Assembly: GCA_024233875.1 (NCBI GenBank) | Contig: JACKPB010000009.1 | Location: forward strand, 21,191 to 85,190 | From: Leptospiraceae bacterium | Lineage (GTDB): Bacteria; Spirochaetota; Leptospiria; Leptospirales; Leptospiraceae | Length of the DNA: 64,000 bases | Direction: 5' to 3' | Shown here: positions 1-10,220 of the stretch, in pieces | Layout: every line of letters starts with the position of its first letter | Position numbering within the stretch: position 1 is the first letter of the stretch | Position numbers and translations under genes: made by a program | The notes under the pieces: model-generated | What the model was told of the DNA's origin: nothing | Database searches by the model: none | The model's input: only the letters and a program-made list of their open reading frames with translations

Positions 1-1257
1 GTTCGGGCGACAAATATCAAAGTTCTGGATTTTCTTCAAAACATCCACAGCGATGTGTACACAAAAGGTACCATCTTCCAAAGAGAAGCAGCCCAGGCAA
101 CCGGGCAAATGTACTTTCTTGTGAGAGGGGAAGTCCGTGCCATCAAGTCCATCAACCAGAAAAACTATTACCTTACCGAATACGATGCAGGAGACTATTT
201 TGGGGAGATTTCTTTTTTCAGCGGAAAGCCCCAATTCGCTTCTTATGTAGTCCATTCGGAACAAGCTGAAATCGTCGCCATAGACCGAAAGACCTTCATG
301 GAAATAGTTGAGATTTTTCCGGAGTTCATTTTCCAGGAATTGAAATCTTTTATCTGGAAACTCATCAATACCGAAAAAGCCAATAGTTTTCTAAAGAGCG
401 AAATCGAAGCCTCCCGAAAAGACACAGACATTCGTGATTACAAGAAAGGTGAGATCATCATAGCAGAAAATGATCCTTCCAATGAAACCATGTACTTCAT
501 TCTCAATGGTGAATTTTTTGTCTTAAAAGACCGGGGAGAGACAAGGGATGTGGTCAATATCATCTCCAAAGGTGACTTCTTCGGAGAACTCTCTTTGATT
601 TCCAACCAACCCCGATCCGCGACCGTAATGGTCAAATCGGACACAGCTTCCTTAATCTTATTCAGTAAGAAGAAATTTATAGAGCAAACCCGTCAGAATC
701 CATCCCTGATGATGTCCATTCTCAAAGCCACAATTGCCAGACTCCTGAGAGCGGAAAAGTCCCTCGACAAAGTCATTAAGAAATTACCTAATCTCGATCC
801 AAATCTTCAGATCAATCTCAATTCCAGCCGATCTGAAAACATAAATATCTTCAAATACGTTCACAGTGTTTATAGTTCAATACTTACCAAAGGCGAAAAA
901 GTCTATTCTGAGGGAGATGCATCCAATGGATCGATGTTTTTCCTTCTCAAAGGAAGCCTATCAGTCTACAAAAGGTTAAATTCCAAACGATTGTACAAGG
1001 TCACCACTCTCGAAGCCGGAGACTTTTTTGGCGAGATGTCTGTAGTTTCCAGTCTTCCCAGATTTCACACGATCATAGCTGCCAGTGATAAGGCCAAAAT
1101 AGCCTCCATAGACAAGAGCATTCTCCAAAAAATCATCAACCTAAACCCGGGTTTCCTCCTCAGCCTTCTCCGAACTGTTATTTGGAAATTGATCATCATG
1201 GAAAAGGCAGTGACCAAGTACAATATTGAATATGATATGTACGAAAGTAACCTTTAG
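1..1257 (+). CDS. Cyclic nucleotide-binding domain protein with at least three tandem cNMP-binding domains. The 5' end is probably truncated by the window edge; the first in-window ATG is at 55.
   Basis: Three copies of the cNMP-binding signature (GDYFGEISFF, GDFFGELSLI, GDFFGEMSVV) each followed by an RxA-like motif. The frame is open from base 1 with no stop upstream of the ATG at 55. Confidence 0.6.
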   Translation, partial: VRATNIKVLDFLQNIHSDVYTKGTIFQREAAQATGQMYFLVRGEVRAIKSINQKNYYLTEYDAGDYFGEISFFSGKPQFASYVVHSEQAEIVAIDRKTFMEIVEIFPEFIFQELKSFIWKLINTEKANSFLKSEIEASRKDTDIRDYKKGEIIIAENDPSNETMYFILNGEFFVLKDRGETRDVVNIISKGDFFGELSLISNQPRSATVMVKSDTASLILFSKKKFIEQTRQNPSLMMSILKATIARLLRAEKSLDKVIKKLPNLDPNLQINLNSSRSENINIFKYVHSVYSSILTKGEKVYSEGDASNGSMFFLLKGSLSVYKRLNSKRLYKVTTLEAGDFFGEMSVVSSLPRFHTIIAASDKAKIASIDKSILQKIINLNPGFLLSLLRTVIWKLIIMEKAVTKYNIEYDMYESNL

Positions 1258-1305
1258 CAATTTTAATTGACCTACTTTCCCTTTAAAAAAATAGTGATCT
1301 ATATT

Positions 1306-1389
<84 letters not shown>

Positions 1390-1398
1390 GTTTTAAAA

Positions 1399-2709
1399 AT
1401 GAATGAAACCCACCTAGTTCTAGCCAGAAAGTATCGACCTCAAAAATTCAAAGAAGTTATCTACCAAGAAATTCCCATCAATGCATTGCAGAATGCTCTC
1501 AAGCACAATCGTGTGGGTCATGCTTATATTTTTTTCGGTCCGAGAGGAGTCGGGAAAACTACAATCGCACGTATTCTAGCCAAACGACTCAACTGTGAAG
1601 CACCGGAGGACAATGAGCCTTGCAACCAATGTACTTCCTGCGTAGAAATCACCAGAGGGGTTTCCAATGACGTCATTGAAATAGATGCGGCGAGCAATCG
1701 GGGGATAGATGACATTCGGGGCCTAAGGGAAAATGTCAAATTCAATGCTATGGGTGGAAGATATCGTGTGTACATCATCGATGAGGTTCACATGCTTTCG
1801 ATTCCGGCATTCAATGCACTCTTAAAAACTCTCGAAGAACCACCACCCCATGTAGTTTTCGTCCTGGCCACCACTGACTTTCACAAGGTTCCCGAGACGA
1901 TTCTCTCCAGATGTCAGGATTTCATTTTCAAGAAAGTCCCCGTTCTCAATCTTCAATCGTACATCGAAACTCTCTGTAAGACAGAAAACCTCAAGTTTGA
2001 TTCGGAAGGTCTCTTTTGGATAGCCAAGAAGGGCGATGGAAGTGTTCGTGATACGCTTTCTTTTATGGAACAGGCGGTCACCTTTACTGATGGAAATCTC
2101 ACCGGTGCAGCAGTTGGCAAAATGATAGGATATCATGGTATCGATCCGCATGAAACTTTACTCAAATCTATTTTAGAAGAATCAAATGCGAATAAACTTT
2201 TAGAGATTTTAGAAAGATACTTTGCTGAAGGGATTGATCTTTCCAGATACCTCTGGGATTTTTTAGATTTCGTTCACTCTTCCATTATGATCAAAGAAAA
2301 CTCAGCTGATAAGGAAAACCTAAATTTTCCTAAGGAAGATATTTTAAAAATCCAACAGCTGGTTTCAACATATCGCACAGAATCCCTACTTCTTATTTCA
2401 GAACGAATTTATTATATTTATGAAAAACTTTCCATGCTCCGTTTGAGAAATTCCTATGAGATCAAAATTTTCCTCGAGATCCAATTGAGAAAACTCATTC
2501 ATGAAATCAACAAACCTTCTCTCGCCGGTGTTCTTGAAAAGATCAATCATCTGAATGAAATGGTCAAAAAAGATATAAATCACTTGCCTAGCCATTCACC
2601 TGAAAATTCTATGGAAGATAAAAAATCAAATCACCCCGGTGATGTGGAAGGGACTCTTAAGGACAAATTCTCCGGCGTAGAAGTTGAAAATTACCCCGAA
2701 ATCGAATAA
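1399..2709 (+). CDS. dnaX: DNA polymerase III subunit gamma/tau
   Basis: N-terminal clamp-loader AAA+ signature (KYRPQKF, GPRGVGKTT Walker A, DEVHML Walker B, SRC motif) and the conserved dnaX-ybaB-recR gene order. Confidence 0.9.
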   Translation: MNETHLVLARKYRPQKFKEVIYQEIPINALQNALKHNRVGHAYIFFGPRGVGKTTIARILAKRLNCEAPEDNEPCNQCTSCVEITRGVSNDVIEIDAASNRGIDDIRGLRENVKFNAMGGRYRVYIIDEVHMLSIPAFNALLKTLEEPPPHVVFVLATTDFHKVPETILSRCQDFIFKKVPVLNLQSYIETLCKTENLKFDSEGLFWIAKKGDGSVRDTLSFMEQAVTFTDGNLTGAAVGKMIGYHGIDPHETLLKSILEESNANKLLEILERYFAEGIDLSRYLWDFLDFVHSSIMIKENSADKENLNFPKEDILKIQQLVSTYRTESLLLISERIYYIYEKLSMLRLRNSYEIKIFLEIQLRKLIHEINKPSLAGVLEKINHLNEMVKKDINHLPSHSPENSMEDKKSNHPGDVEGTLKDKFSGVEVENYPEIE

Positions 2710-2721
2710 AGGATCATCTAA

Positions 2722-3072
2722 ATGTTAGGTAAAAAACTAGGACAACTTTCTGATACACTTTCCAAAATGAAAGATATGAAAAAGCAGATGGCAGCTGCTC
2801 AGAAGAGAATTGCCCTGATTCGTGTCACTGCAACAGCGGGGGCAGGAATGGTGGACGTTACTGTCAGCGGTGATGGTATCGTTACAAATATCAAAATCAA
2901 AAAAGAATTATTCGAAGGTGATGATGTGAAAATGCTTGAAGATCTCATCCTCTCCGCTACCAACGAAGCACTCAAAAAGTCCAAAGAAGCTATGGCACAC
3001 GAACTCAAATCCGTTACAGGTGGTATGGATACCAGCGAACTTGGAAAAATGTTCGGTTTGGACGGTGACTGA
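2722..3072 (+). CDS. ybaB: Nucleoid-associated protein YbaB/EbfC
   Basis: About 115 aa, the typical YbaB sequence pattern ([32 protein letters not shown]...), located immediately downstream of dnaX. Confidence 0.85.
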   Translation: MLGKKLGQLSDTLSKMKDMKKQMAAAQKRIALIRVTATAGAGMVDVTVSGDGIVTNIKIKKELFEGDDVKMLEDLILSATNEALKKSKEAMAHELKSVTGGMDTSELGKMFGLDGD

Positions 3073-3658
3073 GCAAATCCTTAAAAAGCTAGTTTCCTCA
3101 CTTAGCTCTCTACCGGGCATTGGTAGAAAAAGTGCACTCAGGATTGGCTTTCACATGATTCGTATGGATGAGGATAAATTTCATTCCTTCATCCATACCC
3201 TTGTTTCCATAAAAGAGAGTATTAAGTTTTGCAAGGTCTGTGCAGGTCTGACCGAACTAGAAATTTGCGAAATCTGCTCTTCCCCAATCCGAAACTCCAA
3301 GCTAATCTGTGTGGTGGAGCAACCGGAAGACATCCTCTTCATTGAAAACACAGGGGAGATGTCCGGAAAGTACCATGTCCTCAATGGATCTATCTCCCCT
3401 CTCGATGGGATAGGTCCTGACAAACTCCGAATCAAAGAACTTCTCAATCGATTGAAAGAGGAAGAGATTGAAGAGCTCCTGCTTGCTACAAATCCAACCT
3501 TAGAAGGCGATGCTACAGCAGGTTACATATCATCTTCACTGAAAGACTCAGGAATCAAAATCTCCAGAATAGCTCATGGAATCTCGGTTGGAAGTACATT
3601 GGAATTTGCTGACCAATACACCCTGGGAAAAGCAATCCGTTCCAGATTGCCTTTTTAA
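3065..3658 (+). CDS. recR: Recombination protein RecR. I place the start at GTG 3065; the ORF-track start at 2936 overlaps ybaB in another frame.
   Basis: HhH motif ([13 protein letters not shown]), C4 zinc finger ([16 protein letters not shown]), Toprim region, about 198 aa. The start choice rests on the dnaX-ybaB-recR synteny. Confidence 0.85.
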   Translation: MTEQILKKLVSSLSSLPGIGRKSALRIGFHMIRMDEDKFHSFIHTLVSIKESIKFCKVCAGLTELEICEICSSPIRNSKLICVVEQPEDILFIENTGEMSGKYHVLNGSISPLDGIGPDKLRIKELLNRLKEEEIEELLLATNPTLEGDATAGYISSSLKDSGIKISRIAHGISVGSTLEFADQYTLGKAIRSRLPF

Positions 3659-3695
3659 TTAAGAAGTTACAGATAGGTTCACTCTAAGGTTTGAA

Positions 3696-4586
3696 CTAAA
3701 TCCCACCCATTTCAATAGTTTTTTGTAGGACTTCAATTTCTACATCAAAATTCATAGTGACCTTATCGATCAACTTCTGATGGTGTTCTCCGACTGCCTT
3801 AGTGATTGCTTCGATAGTCGGATTGATTTTTTGATTGGCTTCGAGGATCTTATCTTTATCGGTTGATTTTTGGATCTGGGAGTACTTTCCCATTATCCCT
3901 ACCAGAGTGTCCACTGTGTAGGTCAAAAAATGTCTGGATTGAAATGCATCTTCCGGGCTTTTTTTCAATTCCACCCAAAGCGCATCCAGACTTACCATAA
4001 GAGTTTTCAGGTTTTCTTTAGTAGTCGAATCGTAGATTCCCTTGGATAGCTCCCGCAATTCAGTTATTTTTCTGTCAGTGTTCTGAATCAAATTGCTGAA
4101 CATTTCTTTCTTTTCTTCAGAGGAAGAAGAATCGAAAAGCTCATCGATCTTGTTTTTCTCTTTTCTCTTCTGATAGTAAGATCGAAAGGGGGAGAATATT
4201 CTGTGAAAATCTTTCCCATAAGATGTGGAGATTGATGACCAACCCAAGGTGCCGAGATGGTACAACCCCACTCCGATATAGAGTGAAAGCTTAGCCAATT
4301 GACTCAGGGTTCTCTGGGTACTTTCATCGATTCCATATCCAACAAAAAAGAACAAAGCCGCCAGTAAGACATGAAGATAAGTGGACTCCAGAGCCTGATG
4401 AGCTACATAAGGAGACTTCTTCCTGTACTTAAAAAAGGTAAAGAGTGGAAGTACAGCTGTTCCGATAGCCGCAATCGGCAAGGAGATGAACTTTAAAAGT
4501 GAAAGTGGATAGGTGAGAAGGGAAGTGAAGTGCACAGTCCGTGCAGCAGACGCTTCCTCTTCTTTGATATTTTCTTCGTAAGCCAT
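3696..4586 (-). CDS. Hypothetical membrane protein, likely co-transcribed with the TelA-like gene (3-bp gap)
   Basis: N-terminal hydrophobic helices. It abuts the stop of the upstream TelA-like gene. I recognise no family. Confidence 0.4.
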   Translation of the reverse strand: MAYEENIKEEEASAARTVHFTSLLTYPLSLLKFISLPIAAIGTAVLPLFTFFKYRKKSPYVAHQALESTYLHVLLAALFFFVGYGIDESTQRTLSQLAKLSLYIGVGLYHLGTLGWSSISTSYGKDFHRIFSPFRSYYQKRKEKNKIDELFDSSSSEEKKEMFSNLIQNTDRKITELRELSKGIYDSTTKENLKTLMVSLDALWVELKKSPEDAFQSRHFLTYTVDTLVGIMGKYSQIQKSTDKDKILEANQKINPTIEAITKAVGEHHQKLIDKVTMNFDVEIEVLQKTIEMGGI

Positions 4587-4589
4587 AGG

Positions 4590-5690
4590 TTAAGACTTTT
4601 TTATTTCCATTAGTTTGGATTTGAGGTCAGTTTCCATTTTGACCAATTCAACCTCGGCAGCTTTTCTCTTCTGACGTCCTTCGGATTGAACCTTGATCGT
4701 TTCTTCTAGAGTTTGGATGAGATCTCCATTGATCTTTTTGAGACTCTCCAAATCGATGATTCCACGCTCGGACTCTTTGGCGATTTCGATACTGCCCGTC
4801 TTCAGCATTTCTGAGTTCTTTGTGAGTAGTTCATTGGTAGCGTCACTTACCTTTTTCTGAGCTTCCAAAGCTTTCTTCTGTCTCATCAGACCCATAGCAA
4901 TGACGATCTGATTTTTCCAGAGCGGGATGGTATTCAATATTGAACTCTGAATCTTTTCGATTAGGACCTGATTGTTGTTTTGGATCAAACGAATCTGAGG
5001 CGCCATCTGTACTGAAAGCATCTTGCTCAATTTCAAGTCATGGATTTTCTTCTCAAAACGATTGAGCATTTGAGCCATATCCTGATATTTTTGTGCATCT
5101 ACAGGATCTCCGGAGGCTTCACTTTTGGCTTTCAACTGCGGAAGATCTACTTCCATGAGTTCCTTCAACTTCTTCTCTCCGGCTATAATGTGAAGATTCA
5201 ACTCTTTGTAGTACTCAAGATTTTTCTGATAGAGATTGTCCAGGAGAGCTATGTCTTTCAGAAGAGTTTGTCGGGATTTGTGAAGTTCATCGATGATCTT
5301 TTCTATCTGAACACTAACAGTGTCATACTTCGCTAAGAATTTTTTAGAAGAACTTACCAAATTGGAAAGTAAAGGAATCTTTGATAAAAAACTTTCATCG
5401 GTGCTGAGACTATCTACATCCAGTTCTTTGATTTGAAGCATAAGATCAGTGAGGATTTGACCGGAATCACCTGTATCCTTCACCTGAATTTCTTTCAGGA
5501 CTGTATCTGAAAATTCTGAGATCTTAGTCTGAGCCCCTACTCCAAATTGAATGATGGCCTGAGAGTCAGATATATTTATTGACTTACTAATCTCCTCGAC
5601 TTTCTCTATGTCCGTTTTGTTCAGATTGTCGAGTTTTTTTATTTCTTCTACTGATTCTGATTGCACTTGCTGAGCTTGGTTTCCTTCCAC
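4590..5690 (-). CDS. Toxic anion resistance protein (TelA/KlaA family)
   Basis: About 366 aa, acidic and coiled-coil-rich, with the N-terminal pattern typical of the TelA family (…QFGVGAQTKISEFSD…). Call made by family resemblance from memory. Confidence 0.55.
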   Translation of the reverse strand: MEGNQAQQVQSESVEEIKKLDNLNKTDIEKVEEISKSINISDSQAIIQFGVGAQTKISEFSDTVLKEIQVKDTGDSGQILTDLMLQIKELDVDSLSTDESFLSKIPLLSNLVSSSKKFLAKYDTVSVQIEKIIDELHKSRQTLLKDIALLDNLYQKNLEYYKELNLHIIAGEKKLKELMEVDLPQLKAKSEASGDPVDAQKYQDMAQMLNRFEKKIHDLKLSKMLSVQMAPQIRLIQNNNQVLIEKIQSSILNTIPLWKNQIVIAMGLMRQKKALEAQKKVSDATNELLTKNSEMLKTGSIEIAKESERGIIDLESLKKINGDLIQTLEETIKVQSEGRQKRKAAEVELVKMETDLKSKLMEIKKS

Positions 5691-5754
5691 ATTGAACTCC
5701 TTTCCCTAACAGACTAAAATGAGAAAACAAAATAGCAATTTCTTTTTCTTTCTT

Positions 5755-6156
5755 TTACCATTTCGGTTTACTGATTTTTTCAATCAGGAAAACTCCCAAT
5801 AAAAGTGGGGGGATAGTGAGGACTCCCAGCATGAGAAAACCTGTGCTTCCCAACATCAGAATAGAAATGACAACTTCAGAACCTTCTTCTATACCCTGGT
5901 CGGAAAGTACCATAAGAGCTGCATAGAAAAGGGAAGCCAGGTAATCCAGAAACAATCCTACAATAAACAATTTCTTGAATCGATCAGTGTAGATTTGAGT
6001 CGCTACACCTCCGAGTATCAGCCCGATGGCTAAAATAGGAACCAAAAGAGGAACCAAGATCTTAGGATCCAGCTCATTCTGATATGGATAGCCAAGAAAA
6101 AATACAACCAGAGCGGCAATACAGTAGAGGATTGAAATCAATAGACCTTTTAGCAT
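5755..6156 (-). CDS. Small integral membrane protein (4 predicted TM helices), hypothetical
   Basis: Strongly hydrophobic 133-aa ORF, 1-bp gap to the downstream FAD oxidase gene. Confidence 0.4.
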   Translation of the reverse strand: MLKGLLISILYCIAALVVFFLGYPYQNELDPKILVPLLVPILAIGLILGGVATQIYTDRFKKLFIVGLFLDYLASLFYAALMVLSDQGIEEGSEVVISILMLGSTGFLMLGVLTIPPLLLGVFLIEKISKPKW

Positions 6157-6157
6157 A

Positions 6158-7576
6158 TCAGGAAAGAAAGACCCTTTTATAAAGATCAGATTCTAAAATC
6201 TGTTTTGGATCATATTTCTTTTTTAAAGATTTGAATTTTTCGATTGTTTCTTTAGAAAAAATCTTCTCAGCTACTATCGGTCGAAGTGTGCTATCCTTGG
6301 CAAAATAAAAACGTCCTCCGGCTTTGATCACAATCTCATCCATCTCGTAGGCCAGATCCCAAAGGGCTTTTTTATTTCTTCGGGTTACAGGAAAGTCCAT
6401 AGCCATTGAGTATCCATCCAAACTATGTGTGAGCAAATAATTGTCCGGTTTGTGTTTTTTGAAAACAGCCAGAAAAGAGACCAGACCTCTTTTTTGACAG
6501 AGCTTCAAGATCTCATTCATACTATCGATAGCAGTCTCTTTAGGAAGAAAGACCTGGTACTGAATCATACTCCCCGGTTTGTAAATAAATTTCCAATTGG
6601 GAACATAATCAAGCAGGAAGGCATATTCAGCATGACCCTGCTGATAGGGCTTGGTGAGGATCAGACCACTCAGGTACTTAGCAAAATTTACCAGCTTCAT
6701 TCCCAGATGATTGGAAAAGGGGAACATTAAAATCCACATCCAGGACTTGGGGATCAAACCAAAAAAACGGGTGGGGAGATTCTGGTTTTCAAGTTTGATA
6801 TTGTTTTTAAAATCAGGATCCTTGCCTTCAGGGATATAATCCGCTTTGTGAATCAGTCCTCTTCCCAGAGAGCTTCCACCTGCAAATGCATCCACCCATC
6901 CTACCAGATAATCTGAAGTCTGATAGTTTGCTTCAAAGTAGTCTGCCATTTCCTGTAAAGACTTTGTCGGAACCGGAATTACGTCCAATTTGCCGGAATA
7001 GATCTTTTTCATTTTGATGGAAACTTCCAAAAAGCATCCCAGCATTCCCATCCCACTGATAGCAGAATAGAACAACTCTTCATTGGAATTTTTGGAACAG
7101 GTGAGGATTTCTCCTTCAGGGGTTAAGAAAGTAAATTCCAGTACATGTTCACCGATGGTTCCCACTTTGAAATTGTTCTTCCCGTGGATATTCATGGAAA
7201 GAGCTCCACCGATCGTAGGCATCATGGTTCCACTGACAACCGGTGGCCAAAATCCTTTCTCAATGATGAATTCCCAAATCTGTTTGATTGTCACACCGGA
7301 TTGAACACGAATGACGCCTGTGATTTGATTCCAATCGATAATCTTATTGTAGAGACTCATGTCGACGATGAAACCGTCCGACTGAAGGGAGGCATCCCCA
7401 TAAGAACAACCCCCACCCCGAAAAACGATTTTCTTATTGTGGGTTTGGGCATATTGAAATATTTTTTTGACTTCTTCAGCTGAAGATGGTGTGAATACAG
7501 GTGATGTGGCTGAATGGGTCATACCCCAGGAGAGAACTTTTTCTGCTGCCGGTACTGTTAGATTTTGATTTTCCAT
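6158..7576 (-). CDS. FAD-binding oxidoreductase of the PCMH/FAD_binding_4 type, DprE1-like (decaprenylphosphoryl-ribose 2'-oxidase family)
   Basis: FAD-binding motif ([13 protein letters not shown] resembles the DprE1 GRSYGD motif), about 470 aa, immediately followed by a short-chain dehydrogenase (the DprE1-DprE2 arrangement). Confidence 0.55.
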   Translation of the reverse strand: MENQNLTVPAAEKVLSWGMTHSATSPVFTPSSAEEVKKIFQYAQTHNKKIVFRGGGCSYGDASLQSDGFIVDMSLYNKIIDWNQITGVIRVQSGVTIKQIWEFIIEKGFWPPVVSGTMMPTIGGALSMNIHGKNNFKVGTIGEHVLEFTFLTPEGEILTCSKNSNEELFYSAISGMGMLGCFLEVSIKMKKIYSGKLDVIPVPTKSLQEMADYFEANYQTSDYLVGWVDAFAGGSSLGRGLIHKADYIPEGKDPDFKNNIKLENQNLPTRFFGLIPKSWMWILMFPFSNHLGMKLVNFAKYLSGLILTKPYQQGHAEYAFLLDYVPNWKFIYKPGSMIQYQVFLPKETAIDSMNEILKLCQKRGLVSFLAVFKKHKPDNYLLTHSLDGYSMAMDFPVTRRNKKALWDLAYEMDEIVIKAGGRFYFAKDSTLRPIVAEKIFSKETIEKFKSLKKKYDPKQILESDLYKRVFLS

Positions 7577-7580
7577 TTGT

Positions 7581-8324
7581 TTAAACGTTCAACCTTTTGA
7601 AGATAAATGAGGGAATGCTTTTGATGACCAGAGCAACGAGTCCCCATCTGGCTGGAACATAGATGGATTCTTTTCCCTTTTTTGCAGCATTCAGAATGAT
7701 GGTTGCTGCTTTTTCCGCAGAGATAAGCCAGAATAGACCCGGCATCCCTTTTGTCATGTCCGTATCAATGAATCCGGGTTTGACAGTCAGTACAGTGATA
7801 CCTTTCCTGGCCAATCGATTCCTGAGAGCTTCCAGATAGGTATTCAGTGCAGCTTTAGATGTATTGTATCCGGGATTTCCTACCCGACCCCGATCTCCGG
7901 CAATAGATGAAATTCCAATGATCTTTCCATTTCCCTGCTTTTGAAAGTACTGAGCCGCTTCATTCAACCAGGCTATGGCTCCTTCCAGATTGATTCTCAT
8001 CATTCTAAGATCTTTTTCGGTATTGAATTCATCCATTTCCACTTTTTCCATAATACCCGCAGAAAAATAGATTTCATCCAATCCACCCAGATCTTTTACT
8101 AATTTTTCAAAGAGAGCTTTTACTTCAGAAGTATTAGAGACATCATGGGAGATAGAAAATGATTTTGAGGAGTCCGGCAGAGAGCCACATTCTTGAATTC
8201 GTTCCTCAATCTGATCCTTTCGTCGAGCAACAAATCCTACAGTGTTTCCGGATTTCAAAGAGATCTTACCGATCTCCGCTCCAATACCGGAAGAAGCTCC
8301 TACTACAATAATTTTTTTCGCCAT
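7581..8324 (-). CDS. Short-chain dehydrogenase/reductase (SDR), DprE2-like partner of the upstream FAD oxidase
   Basis: TGxxxGIG Rossmann motif ([13 protein letters not shown]), YxxxK catalytic motif (YNTSKAA), about 247 aa, 4-bp gap to the FAD oxidase. Confidence 0.6.
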   Translation of the reverse strand: MAKKIIVVGASSGIGAEIGKISLKSGNTVGFVARRKDQIEERIQECGSLPDSSKSFSISHDVSNTSEVKALFEKLVKDLGGLDEIYFSAGIMEKVEMDEFNTEKDLRMMRINLEGAIAWLNEAAQYFQKQGNGKIIGISSIAGDRGRVGNPGYNTSKAALNTYLEALRNRLARKGITVLTVKPGFIDTDMTKGMPGLFWLISAEKAATIILNAAKKGKESIYVPARWGLVALVIKSIPSFIFKRLNV

Positions 8325-8578
8325 TTTTACTTATTCCATTTTTCCTATTTTTGATCGCCAAATTTCTATTTCTAGAATTTGTACTCGTACAAAAATACAA
8401 TTTTCATATGTACCAGTTTTCAGAAACCTTGCGGATTTCTCTCTTAGGTATCTAGCCATTTTGTAGCGGATTCTTCTGTGAATCCACAAATACTTTTGAA
8501 AATGACTATAAAAATCAGTATCTTTGTACCAATTTTTTCGAAGTACTTTATAGGAAAAGCTAAAAAAACGGGAGATTT

Positions 8579-10198
8579 TTAAGCGGGTGGCTTCTTGGCA
8601 CCACTATCACTGATCGCAACCATCGTAGCATGATCCTGACCATGAAAAAAGTTCATCATGAAAGAGGTTTGCATAACAGATAATTTTTCCACCTGTCTTC
8701 GATATTTAATCGTCGCTCCGGGAAATGCGGCTCCCTTTACGATCAAATTGATTTTTTCGGAGTTGTATCTGGTTGTTTTTAATTCTTCATACTTATTGAT
8801 GAGTTTTTTATGAAAATCATTCTTCTTTTTGAAGGTATCGATTAGATTCTTGTATTTAGTCTTTCTGGCTTCATCTACTTTCCCGCGACTCTGCTTGATG
8901 ATATTGTTCATCTGCTGGACCTGAGGAATCAGATTGGAAAGTTCTTTTTCTGAATTTCGAATCATATTTCCCAATTCACTAAAGAGTCGATCATTTCTAA
9001 AGTGATATCCCATTTCTACTACTACATCCACACCTGCGTTAGAACCCAGATTGAAAGTAGAGAGGCTGGAAAATGCTATGATTTCTGAGCCCAAAATCGC
9101 GGAGTTTTGTCCCGTTAGAAGCACACTTCCCAGGCAATAGATCTTAGAATTGAGGATGGAACCCTCAATAATCACATCTCCATCGACTTCGATGATCGTG
9201 TTCTCAATAAATTTTGCGGAAACATTGCCTTTAACCTTGATGACGCCTTTGTTTTTGAGTTTGATTCCACCTTTGACAGCCAAATCTCCCCCAACTTCCA
9301 AATCAGATGATTCAACGTTCTCATTGACGATCAAAGCTCCTGTACAGGCTACTTTGGAACCTTCTTCGATCGAACCCTCAACTGTAACTGTGCCCTGATA
9401 GTTGACATTGCCTGTTGTCAGTCCGACACTGCTTCCAATATTGAGTTGCTCGGAGACATTTATGGATTCATCGGTTGTGAATAGTACTCCATTGGTAGCG
9501 GCAGTGTATTCCAGAAAAATCTTTTCCGGATCCTCAGGTGCGACTACTGTATCTGTGTTGATATTGCTTCCGATCACAACTTTGGGTTTTTTGATACTTG
9601 GAGGATTCAATAACTCTCCATATACATTTTTACCCTGCTTTCCGGGAACTCCCTGAAAGACTGTTGCTATTTTTTCACCTTTTTTTATGGATATGTACTT
9701 ATCCAGATTTCGATAATCTGCCTTACCATCATCCCGTATAACAACTCTCTGGTTGTGAGGATGGTAAAATTTAACCCAACCATCTATTCCCTTAACAACG
9801 GGTACTCCTTCACAGATCTTCATTCGAACTGTTGTTTCTTCGGAGTTCCCATTTTTGATCTTATTGATCTCTGCCATTATATCGTTGATGGCATTGAAAT
9901 TGACCATGTCAGAAGCTAGTTTGGTATTGTTTGTAATATAACTATATATTTCAGTTTGGTTGATTTCATTGAAATTCATCCCGACGGTATCAATGACCAT
10001 AAATGCTTCTAAATTATTTGTGGTGACTTCAACACTCATATGCAAGAGTGGGTCAGGATTGGAATTGCTTCTTTTTTTCTTTACTTTGTCACTAGAAATA
10101 CTTGGATTAGTAGCTTCAGAGATAGTCTCTGGTGTTGGAGGTGTTTCGGGTGTAGGTTCTATTGGTGGAATATCATTATTATTTTCTTCAACACTCAT
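8579..10198 (-). CDS. FapA/DUF342 family protein (beta-solenoid plus coiled coil)
   Basis: A central region of short beta-strand repeats rich in G/V/I (…VEGSIEEGSKVACTGALIVNENVESSDLEVGGDLAVKGGIKLKNKGVIKVKGNV…) followed by a C-terminal coiled coil, and an N-terminal Pro/Thr-rich low-complexity region. Confidence 0.45.
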   Translation of the reverse strand: MSVEENNNDIPPIEPTPETPPTPETISEATNPSISSDKVKKKRSNSNPDPLLHMSVEVTTNNLEAFMVIDTVGMNFNEINQTEIYSYITNNTKLASDMVNFNAINDIMAEINKIKNGNSEETTVRMKICEGVPVVKGIDGWVKFYHPHNQRVVIRDDGKADYRNLDKYISIKKGEKIATVFQGVPGKQGKNVYGELLNPPSIKKPKVVIGSNINTDTVVAPEDPEKIFLEYTAATNGVLFTTDESINVSEQLNIGSSVGLTTGNVNYQGTVTVEGSIEEGSKVACTGALIVNENVESSDLEVGGDLAVKGGIKLKNKGVIKVKGNVSAKFIENTIIEVDGDVIIEGSILNSKIYCLGSVLLTGQNSAILGSEIIAFSSLSTFNLGSNAGVDVVVEMGYHFRNDRLFSELGNMIRNSEKELSNLIPQVQQMNNIIKQSRGKVDEARKTKYKNLIDTFKKKNDFHKKLINKYEELKTTRYNSEKINLIVKGAAFPGATIKYRRQVEKLSVMQTSFMMNFFHGQDHATMVAISDSGAKKPPA

Positions 10199-10220
10199 AT
10201 ATATCTTCCAATCTCATAGA

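Noticed and set aside
2936-3064. ORF-track N-terminal extension of recR back to 2936
   Set aside because: The extension overlaps ybaB in a different frame and encodes Ser/Pro-rich filler. The RecR-conserved sequence begins at GTG 3065 ([10 protein letters not shown]).
3659-3700. Possible terminator hairpin after recR (GGTTCA…TGAACT)
   Set aside because: Only 4-5 bp of stem with a long loop and no T-tract. Too weak to call.
5040-5336. 98-aa plus-strand ORF antisense to the TelA-like gene, and similar antisense ORFs (6425..6730, 7083..7483, 9150..9656, 12033..12526, 39658..39996, 40107..40703 and others)
   Set aside because: They lie entirely inside longer, family-supported genes on the opposite strand and have compositionally biased translations. 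These are typical shadow ORFs of an AT-rich genome.
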